A stretch of DNA of 64,000 nucleotides, from IMG/VR virus record IMGVR_UViG_3300045988_122072, positions 1 through 64,000 of that record; one strand, given 5' to 3'. This document shows positions 1-11,237 of the stretch, one piece after another (the first letter of the stretch is position 1; the number at the start of each line of letters is the position of its first letter). The notes below the pieces were generated by a model that saw only the letters and a list, made by a program, of their open reading frames with translations, made no database searches and was not told the origin of the DNA. A program made the translations under genes and the position numbers. This stretch comes from a virus.

Positions 1-1803
1 ATATAACATTGCACTTCTAACTGTGCCATCAAACTTTGGGGATGCATTATCTGCAAAAATTGTTATAGCACCAAGGTATGAATTAGACAAAACATACTGT
101 CTATTACTTGTTGTTACAATAGAATCGCCATCAATTGTCTTCACCCAATCTATTTCATTGGGCAGAGCATCCATAGGCAACTTCTTAAGACTTTTTCTGT
201 AAATATGTGCACTTGTAACGCCATCTGGGAACATTGTTTCTGAAACAGTTAAACTATTAGTACTAGAACCCATGCCAGAGTTAGATATTTTTACTCCAAT
301 AGTATCAATATCTCCAAGAGTAAATGAACCATAAGAGCCAGAAGTATATGTAAGATTTTCAAATCTAGTATTATTTACTTCAAGGCATAATATCGCATTA
401 GCTGCGTTTATAGCTAAATAATGATCGTCTTCAAAACTACTATAAGTAGTTGTCCAAGTACCAAATTCTTCCCAATATGGTACTTCCAAAGATTTATTCT
501 TGATATAATCTTTTGCTGTTTCGTCATTCTGGTTCCAGTCTGGTTGGACTAGTTCACTAGAAGAAATAGCGCCAATATTAGTTCTGGCTGTTGCTTTTTG
601 CTCGTCTGTGAGAGTTTGAGACTCAGAATATTTTACATAATTATTTGCAATATCCGTTGATGTTCCTAGCTCTGTTGTTTGCAGCACCCAACCCTTAGTA
701 TTAATTATACCAGTTAAATCAGCAAGAATATATTGACCATTTGAGGTAGCAACTAAATTAGCAACAACTACATTGTTTTCAAGTGAATAGCCAAAACTTG
801 TAAATGTCAGATTACCATAAGTGTTATCAACATATGTAATAGCAATAGGACGTCCAGCAAGTATTGCTTCTTTAACTTGAGTTGGTGTTACAGTAGTTGT
901 ATTACCTGTTAGTATATCAATACCAAGATTTGTTTTTGCTTGATTTTGTTGATCTTTTGTAAGGGCCTGTTCAGTATAACTAACAAAACTATCGTTAGTT
1001 AGCTCACTGGTCTTGGTGGGGATTTCAACTGTTTGTGCAGTGGAACCATCGAATTTAGTTGTTGTGTCACCTTTGGTAAGAGTTAGGGCATTACTAACTT
1101 GAGTTGCATTGTTTGCCCACTTCGCACTAGACTCAGTAACAGATGTGAAGTCCCACTTTTGTGTGGTTTTATTATACGTGTTTATATTGATTGTACCAGG
1201 AAAAGTTATAACATTGAGAAACTGAACTTTGTATACAGTTAGAGTATCTGTATCTGTATAGTCCACCTGAACAAACACAGATTCAACTTGTTTGTCACCT
1301 GTTAGTGGAGATATTCTAAGAAGATTATCTTGACTAAAAGGGTCTTCTGGAGTTGTTCCGTCTTCTTTTATTTTTTGTGCATAAAGAAATAGTTGTGTTG
1401 CGGTAGTGCCTCGCTTGGGGATATTGAGCTTATAAAATCCTGTTTTACCAAACTGCCATAAACCAATTCTATAATTTACGAATTTAGTATTATCAAATAC
1501 TGATTCAAGTGTCATTTCAATTATAGACTTATCATCAATACCCTTGAGTTTATCATAAATCTTCCCTTGGCTCTCATTCAAATCATTATACAAATATTCA
1601 TCCGTAAAAGGAATTTCATTATAATACAAAAGTCTTCCCTTAGCCGTATCATATCTACCAACTTTGAAGCGAGTTTTCCCCGCTGCGGTGTCAACAATAA
1701 TCAATTCGCCATCAAGCGGTTGGAATGTAGTTGCTACTGCCTCCCAATTAGCAGCAGTATCTCGCTTATTCTTAACGCGAGTATTAAATGTTTTATTCGC
1801 CAC
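1..1803 (-). CDS. Tail fibre-like protein; its C-terminal part lies beyond the window start
   Basis: Minus-strand frame is open from GTG 1801-1803 (AAGGAG 8 nt upstream) to position 1. It is absent from the ORF track because there is no stop in the window. N-terminus VANKTFNTRVKNKRDTAANWE..GELIIVDT..RFKVG parallels ORFs 11238-12767, 15232-16530 and 16554-18158. Fibre motifs QKATARTNIG and PDWNQNDETAKDYIKNK are present. Confidence 0.75.
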   Translation of the reverse strand, partial: MANKTFNTRVKNKRDTAANWEAVATTFQPLDGELIIVDTAAGKTRFKVGRYDTAKGRLLYYNEIPFTDEYLYNDLNESQGKIYDKLKGIDDKSIIEMTLESVFDNTKFVNYRIGLWQFGKTGFYKLNIPKRGTTATQLFLYAQKIKEDGTTPEDPFSQDNLLRISPLTGDKQVESVFVQVDYTDTDTLTVYKVQFLNVITFPGTININTYNKTTQKWDFTSVTESSAKWANNATQVSNALTLTKGDTTTKFDGSTAQTVEIPTKTSELTNDSFVSYTEQALTKDQQNQAKTNLGIDILTGNTTTVTPTQVKEAILAGRPIAITYVDNTYGNLTFTSFGYSLENNVVVANLVATSNGQYILADLTGIINTKGWVLQTTELGTSTDIANNYVKYSESQTLTDEQKATARTNIGAISSSELVQPDWNQNDETAKDYIKNKSLEVPYWEEFGTWTTTYSSFEDDHYLAINAANAILCLEVNNTRFENLTYTSGSYGSFTLGDIDTIGVKISNSGMGSSTNSLTVSETMFPDGVTSAHIYRKSLKKLPMDALPNEIDWVKTIDGDSIVTTSNRQYVLSNSYLGAITIFADNASPKFDGTVRSAMLY

Positions 1804-1865
1804 TATAAACACTCCTTTACAAATTTTGCATACCGACTAAGCCGATAAGCAATATTATTTATTTT

Positions 1866-3218
1866 TTATTTCCATTTTCCTATTACAAAGAAATCCACAG
1901 TCACACTTACAGATGTTGCAGCATCGCCCAAATTATGTATTCCCAATTCCGGTGTCCATGTTGGTGTCCCTGCTTTTTTATTATATTGATAAAACGATTG
2001 AGAGCCATGAAGATATGGGATGCAAATAGGGGTAGAAATAAATAACCCATCTGGATATTTTTTTGCAATAGTCGAATTTATATCTGAATCTGCGGACATG
2101 GCTAAAGTAATTTTTGTTGTAGACCACGCAAGCACAAGCCCACTATCTTTTTTAATGTATGTCCAATCATCACTAGAAACCATTTCTCCATCAAGATAGC
2201 TCAGTAAATCTGCCGCCAGTTTTACTTTAGCAATTGAGCCATCATCAATTGGGGGCTTATAGCTATCAACATATCCTTTTGTTGCAACGTCACTAGCATT
2301 TACAGGAGTTTTAACATTGGAGATTAAAGTTTCGTTCATATCAAGAGAATCTGCAGAAATTGATGCGCTACCAAGTCTGGCGTCTGTTGTTCCAACTTGC
2401 ATTCTTAAAGCGCCATTTGAAGGTGTGCTGACATCAATAAGTGTAGTATTCTTACCTCCAATGTCTACTTCAGCTCCAAGTAATTGGTCATCAACATACT
2501 TCTTATTTGCCGCATCGGTGTCCAATTCCGGTGCCGCAATATTTCTTAGCTTTACCGACTCATCACCGTTCGCACCATAAAACTCTAATGAAGGCTTGGA
2601 AACTGAATTCGTGCTATCAAAACTACCTGTAGCTTGGATATATGTACCAAAATCATTGCCGTTGCCATCAAGCCTACTAAAATCTAATTCTGCACCACCC
2701 AATGTCGCTTTGTCATTGCTAATGCCATCTTTTACAGTCAGGGTACCAGTTACAACACCGCTCATGCTACTAACTTTCGTATCAGCATATTTTTTGGCTT
2801 CCGAAAGAGCGTTATCGCCTTCCGTTCCAGCATATCTCTCCGCTTGCTCTAGTATGTCATCAGCATAACTTTTTGCAGACTCTAATGTATTTGAATCCCC
2901 AGTTGATATATTATCCTTAAGCGTTGCAACTTGCTCTGCAATGTTAGCCTTAAGCTGGTTGATTTCTTTTGTGAGTTCTGTGCCTTGTGTATCAGATTCT
3001 TTCGCTATTTGCGCAATTTTATCATTAAGCATTTTTCCTTGATTTGCAGATAATGGTTTATTTTGATTAGAGCTAGTCAAACTATTTATAACGTCACTTT
3101 GCAATAAAAATACACTATCTTCAGTCAATGTGGGCAAATCAACAACATGCTCACCATCGGTTAGGTTGCCAATATTATATACCTCTCCGTTAATATCAAT
3201 AGTATTTATATATGCCAT
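1866..3218 (-). CDS. Tail fibre / receptor-binding protein with the MAYIN..NLTDG N-terminal module
   Basis: ORF track 1866-3236. ATG at 3218 follows GGAGG. MAYINTIDINGEVYNIGNLTDGEHVVDLP parallels the N-terminus of the 2362-aa protein. The middle part looks coiled-coil. Confidence 0.6.
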   Translation of the reverse strand: MAYINTIDINGEVYNIGNLTDGEHVVDLPTLTEDSVFLLQSDVINSLTSSNQNKPLSANQGKMLNDKIAQIAKESDTQGTELTKEINQLKANIAEQVATLKDNISTGDSNTLESAKSYADDILEQAERYAGTEGDNALSEAKKYADTKVSSMSGVVTGTLTVKDGISNDKATLGGAELDFSRLDGNGNDFGTYIQATGSFDSTNSVSKPSLEFYGANGDESVKLRNIAAPELDTDAANKKYVDDQLLGAEVDIGGKNTTLIDVSTPSNGALRMQVGTTDARLGSASISADSLDMNETLISNVKTPVNASDVATKGYVDSYKPPIDDGSIAKVKLAADLLSYLDGEMVSSDDWTYIKKDSGLVLAWSTTKITLAMSADSDINSTIAKKYPDGLFISTPICIPYLHGSQSFYQYNKKAGTPTWTPELGIHNLGDAATSVSVTVDFFVIGKWK

Positions 3219-3293
3219 TTTTTCACCATCCTCCACAATTTTTTAATTGTGAAATGAGGAGCGCTATATTTCAAACACTCCTCATCAAAATCC

Positions 3294-4037
3294 TTATAAT
3301 CCTAATTTGTTTTTTAATTCAACATATACTGTTGACTGATATTCTTCTGGGATTTCATCACCATAAGATACCGCAGAGATAATCTCCATATCTTGCAATG
3401 ATTCAATATAACTTTTTAATGAATTAAAATATGATATATGATAAGTTTTAAATAGATTCGCCATCTCAATAATTTTACCCATATCATTAATAGAATAATA
3501 TTTACATACACATCCATCTGCATGATATGGAATTTTTTGTACACCATTTGAAATCATCTGGGCAGAAGTAATTAAATTTAATTGGTCTTGTAAAGTCAAA
3601 GAAAAATGATATATATTGTTATCACTTAACTTAATATCAAATCCATCAACTATCATTTTATTACATTTTGAATTCATCTCATTAATTTTGGACTCTTTAA
3701 CATATTCTACAGTAACATCAGGTTCCGTAATGGCTGGTTCTTGCTCTTCTGGCTCATCTAATATTTGGATGTCTTCATTTGCTTCAACTGCCTTATAAAG
3801 AACTTCGTATTCAGATTTGTCAATTTCGACAACGTCTGCTGTCAGAAAATCTTTCGTACCACTTTGACATGGAAGCATCCAACTATCATGATATACCTGT
3901 TCACCACATTGAATATATTGAGCCTCTGATTCATCACAAGATAAAAAAACTTCATGCTTTTTCTGAAATTTTCTTAAATCTATTGTCGATCCAATACCGA
4001 CAAATTTATCATCAATAATTATTTTGTAATATCTCAT
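3294..4037 (-). CDS. Hypothetical protein in the fibre module
   Basis: ORF track 247 aa; GAGGTG upstream of the ATG; lies between two fibre genes; no motif recognised. Confidence 0.7.
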   Translation of the reverse strand: MRYYKIIIDDKFVGIGSTIDLRKFQKKHEVFLSCDESEAQYIQCGEQVYHDSWMLPCQSGTKDFLTADVVEIDKSEYEVLYKAVEANEDIQILDEPEEQEPAITEPDVTVEYVKESKINEMNSKCNKMIVDGFDIKLSDNNIYHFSLTLQDQLNLITSAQMISNGVQKIPYHADGCVCKYYSINDMGKIIEMANLFKTYHISYFNSLKSYIESLQDMEIISAVSYGDEIPEEYQSTVYVELKNKLGL

Positions 4038-4051
4038 AACAGCTCACCTCA

Positions 4052-7000
4052 TTAGATCGAGAAACATGGACAAACGCCATCTTCACGTGATGATACATAA
4101 TAAATGTTATTACAAATACCAGATGATGTGGTATAAACAAAGTACCTATCATAACCAATAACTGGAGATCTACTATAATAGCCATTTGCAACGCCATTTT
4201 TTGTTTTAATTCTAGCGGAATCGCTTGTGAACCACGCAATATGAGTACCTTCGCTATTATATGGTTGCGACTGAATTCCAGATAGCTCAATATAAGAGGG
4301 CAAATACACATAGTCTTTAGAGAATACAATTTCTTGAGATTGTCCACCAGCACTTGCAGGAATTTGAACTTGCTTTATAATTGATTTCCACACTGTTGGG
4401 AATGCATTATATACTCTGCTATTTACAAATTGTCTCATAGAAGAGTCTTCCCAACCACCAACATTTGTCCCAGTATAATTCATCCTATGCGTATAATTTA
4501 ATAGATTTTTGCAAATAAAAGATGCACCAGTTTTTCTACTGGAGTCACTTGCAAATCTATAGCGCTCATCCCCATAATATTCAAAACGAATAGTCTCATG
4601 AGGCCATGCCGCTAAATCTCTTGCAATAGAATCGCCCAAATCCTCAAACCATACTTTGGCCCAGTGGATATAGCCTTTACCAAGGTCGTCGACAGAACCA
4701 TTAGATAAGAACTTGAAACCACCAAGAACAATTGTTGCTTCGGTGCTTGTACTACGGTTACGTGTCAATACATTATATGAGATACTGTCAGCGCATACTC
4801 CGCTACCACCAGCGGCACTATTAAAAGAGTAAATATGCAAATCATCTTCACCTTGTATATGTCTTAAGACAACAAGGTCTCTATTGGTGCCATAACTAAC
4901 TATTTTACTAGTATTACCCCATTGAATCTCGGCATTGCTTCCATTATATTTTAGTCTGAAGCCTTCAGAACCATCATATTCGAAGCAAGACAATAGTGTC
5001 GCGTCTGCCGCAGCATCTTCACACTCAAAGTCAATTGCCATTGTGAAAGATTTAGAGTCCGCACCAAATAGCTTTATACCAGTATCTATGACATTTGCAC
5101 TCGTTCCATCAAAATGTTTTTCATCCGCAAAGAAATTTTCATCAACATTAGTAAACGAATAATCTTGACCCATACGAATATCAATATAATCTTTTTGCTC
5201 GAAATAATCGTTTGCCTTTTTCGCAGTCGCAACAGCATACACTTGAACCGGCGTCATATTTGCCAAATCAGTACCTGCTGCTGGCAAGCCATTCTGAGTA
5301 TCCCACTTAGCATATACATCTGTATCACCAGTAATGAATCCAGTATTCTTATCCCATCCAATAAAGACATTATAAATATAAGCATCTTCGTTATCGTTCA
5401 TAGTGGGGTAATCACCATCATATTCTACGCCAGTTCCATATTCAACACCTGTTTTTGTTGCTAAAATAACACCCGCTTGTTGTAACCAACGAACAGTATA
5501 TGTCCTAATGGTCTCTGTATATTTTGCCGTTACAGTCATAGCGGCAGTAACATTAGTATTGATGCCGTCCCACTCAGAGAATGTATAATTATATTGGGCA
5601 GTACTTGCCATGGTCGGAGTATCAATTTCTCCAGATGCAATTGGATCAACCGCTTTGCTTCCTTGGTCAACATACTGGACATAATCATTACCTTTTTTAT
5701 CTTTAATAGGTGTACCATCAGCATTTAAGAATGTAACTCTGTACTGAGTAATAATGCCATTATAAGTTACAGTTAAATCTGGCCATGCAGCAGCATAGGC
5801 ATCCAACTCTCTCTGTCTTGCCTGACCAGCAATATGAACCTTACCAGCAAGCATATTATTATTCATCTTAAGAATCTTATTTAGCAAATCAGTATTAGAG
5901 ACTGTCCAATCAATTCCAATTAATCTTAAAATCTGTAATGTATCAGCAGCGTCTTCAACAATTGTATATTCATCGACTACAGAATCCTCAACAGTTAAAG
6001 ATTCTAGATTATCATAAGTTGCCTGTAAATCAGTAAGATATCTCAGATTCTTTAAAGTTAAACTATTAATTGTCGCTGGTAGATGTGCCAGAGCAATCTT
6101 ACCATTCGCTGCAAACAATACGCCAGTAATCGAAGTCCCCTCAGCATAAAGCTTTTCTAAGTTTCCACAACTTGAAAGATTAACAGAACCAGTTAGATTC
6201 GGGCAATTACGGATGTCTAGTTCTTCAAGAAGCGCATTATTACCAAGGTTTAGGTTGGTCAAAAATACATTAGAATATCCAGAAGTACTATTGCCGATAA
6301 TTAACTTCTGAAGCTTGGAAGCCTTTGAGAAATCATTATCGTGAATGTAACATGCAGAGATATCATTTAGTGCCTGAATACGAGAAGCACAATAAATTAA
6401 TACTGCCGTATCATCCATCTTTGTAAGTGGGCAAGTAATCTCGTATGTCCGCCCAGCTTTTGCACGAATTTGTTGAGCGCTTGGGGAATTTCCGAACAAT
6501 ACAGACAAGTACATATCAGAATATGGGACAATGTTTAGCGTATAATTAGGTGCAACAACTACGCCAGAAGGAGTATTACACCTAAACATGATTTGGTCTG
6601 CTTTGATATTGGCTGATAGATATTTCGTGCCCATATAAGCAGCTTGATCACGCTCAAATTGTCTACGCTGATATTTCTTGCGACCATTCATCATAGACTC
6701 CAAGAAACGAGGAGTAGGTTCTGGAGTTTCACCAGCGTTTAGACCACCACCTTGGTATGTACGATAATATTTACGTTCAATATCAAGTCTCCAAAGTTCT
6801 TCTGGGAATTGTGCTTGCCAATCATCAAATTCATTGATTAAAGAAGTGGCACTAAAGCATCCTTCACCATCAAGAGTCTGATACATTGTCGCAAGATCAT
6901 TCTTCATTAAATCACGAATACGACACCAAAATACACTGTCTGCCGCATTGAAAATATAGCCAGAAGATTTGTCTCCATCCGTTCTATAATCAGTATCTTC

Positions 7001-10000
7001 CTTACCGTAAGTCATTGTTAATTCACCCGAGTTATTAATTCCCAAACCCGTATCGTTATCATAGTCAAACAGTTCAAAGCGATACTTACCGTCTGCGCAT
7101 TTAGCATAGTGCCAGAAGGTATTCTTTGCCCTGTTATCTATCATAGTATATCTTTCAGTGAATAAGTACCAATATAAAGCGGAATCTTTAATGAACCAAT
7201 TATCGAATTGTGATACAAACTCCTCATCAGTAGACGTAATTACCCATTCATAAAAATCTCGCCATACTTGTTTATTCAATAATCTTTGTGCTTCTTGTTC
7301 TTCCGAAGTGGCAGTAGTCATACCATCTTTTGTTTCTCCGCCCATCTCATAGCGGAATTCAAATGATCCATCCCAATCATTATATAAAGCATCATATGCC
7401 GCATTTCCAGTTTTCCACTGATCTTTAGTAATAGGATAAACCATATTGCCATTACTATCAGTAACGCCAGTTTGGAATGTGCTATTTGCGAGAGTGTTAT
7501 CACTTACTTCAATTACAAATTCCTTTAAATCTGTAACATCATTAACACGAGTAGCATCAGTCTTTTTAGAGTCGCCTATATTTGCCAAGCCATAAAAATG
7601 CCAATCATTATCTTTAAATTCTTTATGCTGAGTCATATCTGGATCTGTTTCCTTAATGAATACTACACAATTTTTAAATTCCATGCTATTCTTACATTTT
7701 GGATCTTTCTCCATAGCAACAGTTTTATACGGCAAATAATCATTATATCTCTTCTGAAGTAAAGCATTGTTTGCATTCTCAGAAGAAGCGATATTTAATT
7801 TTAAATTAAACCAGTTATTAGGCACAGATGTTCTAGATAAACTTATCTTGCCAGACCCATCACTATATTTAGTCCCATCCCCAAGAATAAGCTCCGTAAC
7901 ATATTCTGTATCTAATGGAATTTTACTAATGATTTGATTTTTACCGTCCGCACACATAATAATATCGATGTTTCTACCAGCATAGCCATATTCATTGGAG
8001 GTAGTGCCCTGGCCTGATATATATCCATTTATAAATTTCCAGTTATCAAGAACAGGGTCTCCGCCTTTATAAATACATTCGACATTAGAATTTTTAACAA
8101 AATCCTTTTTGTCTGTAGTAAAACGAGGGCATTCAATCTTAATAATTCTTAACTGAGGGCAAGCCTCTGCTACAGACTCAGGGGTTAAAGCATTGTTCTC
8201 ATCATAAATCTGATTACGATTATATCTTGCAATCATTTCATCGGAATCTCTGGCATCTGCAATGAAGTTAGAAAGAATGTTAGAATCAGTCAGAGCAGAA
8301 GTGTATGCTTTCATACGATAAATATGAACATCACAACCTGTAGAACCAATAGTAATAGGTACAGGCTCATACTGATACAGTCTATGAGTAGAGTCATAAA
8401 TCATTGGTCTTAAACCAACGCCATCCTCATAGCTCATAATAACGGCTGTTGCGTCTGGATTATCTTTATCGAGTGAGTTAATGTTAAACTCAAACTCAAT
8501 AACATCTTCCTCACTATAAGGAATATACAGACTCTTAATACTAGACTTCAAATACGCCTCATGAACATTCATTTCCAAACCAACAACTGTTGCGTCAGCT
8601 TGGCAAGTTAAAAATGTTGCATCGGCTTTTCTAACATTTGTAGTCTTAAAGATGCACTTGAACTCAGAACCATAAGTGCTTGCATCTCTTTCAAATAGGT
8701 TATAATTTATAGTAGCAGTAGTTCCAGCTTTAACACAGAAATACTGATTCCCATCTGTATCCAATTGATAACCGCCATTAACCCAGTCAAAATTATCTGA
8801 AACTGTCATAGAAACATTAGTATTAGAATCTTTCCATAGTCTATCTGCGTCACTATTTGATAATCCCGTTGGATTAAAATCAAACGCAAGATTAGCGGTA
8901 ATTGGCTCAATGGTAATTCCTAACTCTTTAATGTCCATTACTATCGTTAGAGTCGTGTTTCTACAGGTGATTGTTAATGTGTGTTCTCCAATATCGGATG
9001 ACTTATATGCCCAAACATCTGATGTACCAGACATGGTCTGCGTAGCAACAACTTTACCATCGACGCTCCTTGTAACAGTTGGAGTTTCTGTCTTTGGGTC
9101 AAATACATAGAATGGAATATTAGTCGAATTATACTGCTTCGCCTCTACCTTGCCATAATGATCATATCTATAGATACAACCAATGACTGGGGTCTCATTG
9201 CTCTCGTCATACCAAATAATATCCTTGAAAATATGCTCCGTTTCAACATTTTTACCATTAATAGTCGCAGTAATATAACATTCTAACAAATGCGCACCAT
9301 ACGTTTGCGCTGGCAATGTATAAGACTGCAATGTACCAGAAGAACTTGTAGTAACAGTACCAATTTCTGTACCATCAAGAACAAAATGTACTGTTTTGCT
9401 AACAGCACCATATGGCGTATATGTAAAATTCACGGCACTATTTGCCTCATATGCAATCTTATCGCTAAATGAGGATTCGAGCCTAATATCAACCTTTTGC
9501 ACAGTCCAAGACTTAACTGCGACACTGCCAGCAGCATCGACAACTGTCAACGTGAATTTTTGGGTGCCAATATTGACATAATCAGTCATATCAAATGTAT
9601 TAGTACCTTGAACCAATGCTCCAGTAGATAGAACAGTATTTCCAAGTTTCCAAGTATATGTACCATCGACATATTCGCCATCACTGTCTGTTGAAGAATA
9701 ACTAAAACTAATTTCTACTTTATCAGTCGTCGTCACAATAATAGGAGACTCTGTAATACGTTCTACTTTAAGTGTAGTAGTTGTCGTGCTACCTCCGCCT
9801 CCACCAGTAATTACAAACTGACTCTTCACTTCTTCTTTTTCGTTCTTAACTTCATATAGAGTAAATACATTTTCCTTTTCTTCACCAGTAGCAAGAGTTG
9901 TGGTGCCATATGTCGCATAATAAGTATAGCCCTCGGTATCTAAGCCATCTAAATCTTGCCTAAGTGTATCTACGGCTCTACTTAACGAACTAATATTCGT

Positions 10001-11140
10001 CGTGTTAGAATCAATATCAGTTTTTAATGTAGAAATTTTGTTATCTGTCTGTGTTTTAGTATAAGTGTCTCCACCAATAATGCAAAATGCACCATCAATA
10101 TAACGATAATGTATATACAGGCCATCACCATTTTTAACATAATAATCGGAAAATTCATTACCTGTTTCAGGAATGGTGTCTACAATATGTGCAACAGTTC
10201 CTGCAACCATTTTCCAAGAATTATCAATCCACTTATAATAAAAACATCCAGCATCCGAATATAAAATATAATCTGTCTCTTTTTCTCCAGTTTGTGGCAG
10301 TTCGGTTACAACAGTTGTAGAAGATCCTTTAAACTCATCCCACTTCTGTGTGCCAGCTTGATCAGTAATCCACCAATATTTTGTATAGCCAGTATTAGAG
10401 CTATTCGGGATAAGATAAAAAGTCCTTGATTCTCCAGTTGCGGGTAATTCATCAACTACTTCAATGGCATATGGTTCGTAATCTGATATAGACTGATCTG
10501 TATACTCCTTAGCATTATTAAACACAGTATTAACATCAGCAACTTCTGGAATTCCAAATGCTGTGATGTCTTCTTTGGTGACGGCAGAAGTTTGATTAAC
10601 ATGCCCAGTATCGTCTACGGCAATCTTATATAAGCCAATTGCTTTTTGGTCATAAGTAGGATGCTGATATTCTTTAATTCCAAGGGCTGTAATATCTTCT
10701 TTGGTGACATCCTGAACACTACTAATATGTCCGGTATTATCTACAGTAACCTTATAAAGCCCGGATTCTTTTGAGTTATAAACAGGATGGGCGTACTTAT
10801 TTGCACCATTTTCAATGCCAGCTAATTTATTTTTTTCAGTAGTAGTATAATCATTCGTTGATAATCCCTTGCCGCTCACCTTATCGACTTTATTATTATT
10901 AATTTTATCTTGTACACTTTGTACAACAAACGTATCATTTTTTGTTAAGTTATTTGGCAAACTAACAGTATAAGTCCCATTAGTAAGCTCAGATGCAGAT
11001 ATTCCATCTTGTAATGTGTTTTTAGTTACAAATTCATCATCTGCACTCAATTTTGGCAATCTAACAACATACGACCCATCTGTTAAATTTTCTAGATTAT
11101 ATGTTTTGCCCCTAACAGTAACTTTATTTATATAGGCCAT
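4052..11140 (-). CDS. Giant multidomain tail / receptor-binding protein (2362 aa)
   Basis: GGAGG SD. N-terminal module MAYINKVTVRGKTYNLENLTDG. Fibre motif KGLSTNDYTTTEKNKLAGIE. Tandem HP.Y..K..GLYK..VD.TGH....VTKEDITA.GI repeats. CotH-like stretch (NLKLNIASSENANNALLQKRYNDYLP; YTMIDNRAKNTFWHY..FELFDYDNDTGLG). Leucine-rich repeats (LEELDIRNCPNLTGSVNLSSCGNLEKLYAEGTSITGV). Two Listeria-Bacteroides-type repeats (YRVTFLNADG..FSEWDG; YTVRWLQ..FIGWDKNTGFITGDTDVYAKW). C-terminal end NGYYSRSP. Confidence 0.8.
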   Translation of the reverse strand: MAYINKVTVRGKTYNLENLTDGSYVVRLPKLSADDEFVTKNTLQDGISASELTNGTYTVSLPNNLTKNDTFVVQSVQDKINNNKVDKVSGKGLSTNDYTTTEKNKLAGIENGANKYAHPVYNSKESGLYKVTVDNTGHISSVQDVTKEDITALGIKEYQHPTYDQKAIGLYKIAVDDTGHVNQTSAVTKEDITAFGIPEVADVNTVFNNAKEYTDQSISDYEPYAIEVVDELPATGESRTFYLIPNSSNTGYTKYWWITDQAGTQKWDEFKGSSTTVVTELPQTGEKETDYILYSDAGCFYYKWIDNSWKMVAGTVAHIVDTIPETGNEFSDYYVKNGDGLYIHYRYIDGAFCIIGGDTYTKTQTDNKISTLKTDIDSNTTNISSLSRAVDTLRQDLDGLDTEGYTYYATYGTTTLATGEEKENVFTLYEVKNEKEEVKSQFVITGGGGGSTTTTTLKVERITESPIIVTTTDKVEISFSYSSTDSDGEYVDGTYTWKLGNTVLSTGALVQGTNTFDMTDYVNIGTQKFTLTVVDAAGSVAVKSWTVQKVDIRLESSFSDKIAYEANSAVNFTYTPYGAVSKTVHFVLDGTEIGTVTTSSSGTLQSYTLPAQTYGAHLLECYITATINGKNVETEHIFKDIIWYDESNETPVIGCIYRYDHYGKVEAKQYNSTNIPFYVFDPKTETPTVTRSVDGKVVATQTMSGTSDVWAYKSSDIGEHTLTITCRNTTLTIVMDIKELGITIEPITANLAFDFNPTGLSNSDADRLWKDSNTNVSMTVSDNFDWVNGGYQLDTDGNQYFCVKAGTTATINYNLFERDASTYGSEFKCIFKTTNVRKADATFLTCQADATVVGLEMNVHEAYLKSSIKSLYIPYSEEDVIEFEFNINSLDKDNPDATAVIMSYEDGVGLRPMIYDSTHRLYQYEPVPITIGSTGCDVHIYRMKAYTSALTDSNILSNFIADARDSDEMIARYNRNQIYDENNALTPESVAEACPQLRIIKIECPRFTTDKKDFVKNSNVECIYKGGDPVLDNWKFINGYISGQGTTSNEYGYAGRNIDIIMCADGKNQIISKIPLDTEYVTELILGDGTKYSDGSGKISLSRTSVPNNWFNLKLNIASSENANNALLQKRYNDYLPYKTVAMEKDPKCKNSMEFKNCVVFIKETDPDMTQHKEFKDNDWHFYGLANIGDSKKTDATRVNDVTDLKEFVIEVSDNTLANSTFQTGVTDSNGNMVYPITKDQWKTGNAAYDALYNDWDGSFEFRYEMGGETKDGMTTATSEEQEAQRLLNKQVWRDFYEWVITSTDEEFVSQFDNWFIKDSALYWYLFTERYTMIDNRAKNTFWHYAKCADGKYRFELFDYDNDTGLGINNSGELTMTYGKEDTDYRTDGDKSSGYIFNAADSVFWCRIRDLMKNDLATMYQTLDGEGCFSATSLINEFDDWQAQFPEELWRLDIERKYYRTYQGGGLNAGETPEPTPRFLESMMNGRKKYQRRQFERDQAAYMGTKYLSANIKADQIMFRCNTPSGVVVAPNYTLNIVPYSDMYLSVLFGNSPSAQQIRAKAGRTYEITCPLTKMDDTAVLIYCASRIQALNDISACYIHDNDFSKASKLQKLIIGNSTSGYSNVFLTNLNLGNNALLEELDIRNCPNLTGSVNLSSCGNLEKLYAEGTSITGVLFAANGKIALAHLPATINSLTLKNLRYLTDLQATYDNLESLTVEDSVVDEYTIVEDAADTLQILRLIGIDWTVSNTDLLNKILKMNNNMLAGKVHIAGQARQRELDAYAAAWPDLTVTYNGIITQYRVTFLNADGTPIKDKKGNDYVQYVDQGSKAVDPIASGEIDTPTMASTAQYNYTFSEWDGINTNVTAAMTVTAKYTETIRTYTVRWLQQAGVILATKTGVEYGTGVEYDGDYPTMNDNEDAYIYNVFIGWDKNTGFITGDTDVYAKWDTQNGLPAAGTDLANMTPVQVYAVATAKKANDYFEQKDYIDIRMGQDYSFTNVDENFFADEKHFDGTSANVIDTGIKLFGADSKSFTMAIDFECEDAAADATLLSCFEYDGSEGFRLKYNGSNAEIQWGNTSKIVSYGTNRDLVVLRHIQGEDDLHIYSFNSAAGGSGVCADSISYNVLTRNRSTSTEATIVLGGFKFLSNGSVDDLGKGYIHWAKVWFEDLGDSIARDLAAWPHETIRFEYYGDERYRFASDSSRKTGASFICKNLLNYTHRMNYTGTNVGGWEDSSMRQFVNSRVYNAFPTVWKSIIKQVQIPASAGGQSQEIVFSKDYVYLPSYIELSGIQSQPYNSEGTHIAWFTSDSARIKTKNGVANGYYSRSPVIGYDRYFVYTTSSGICNNIYYVSSREDGVCPCFSI

Positions 11141-11169
11141 TAGTTTTCATTCCTCCTTGTATAGAGTCT

Positions 11170-11202
11170 AAAAAAATAGGAGAGGCGTAATGCCCCTCCT
11201 AT
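11170..11202 (-). terminator. Rho-independent terminator
   Basis: Minus strand reads UAGGAGGGGC-auuac-GCCUCUCCUA followed by UUUUUUU, just after the stop of ORF 11238-12767. Confidence 0.75.
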
Positions 11203-11237
11203 TAAATAAACTACTTAATGTGAAGGGGCAATGCCAC

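Noticed and set aside
1567-1848. 93-aa plus-strand ORF from the ORF track
   Set aside because: It lies antisense inside the long open minus-strand fibre frame (1-1803), starts at TTG without an SD, and has low-complexity Ile-rich content.
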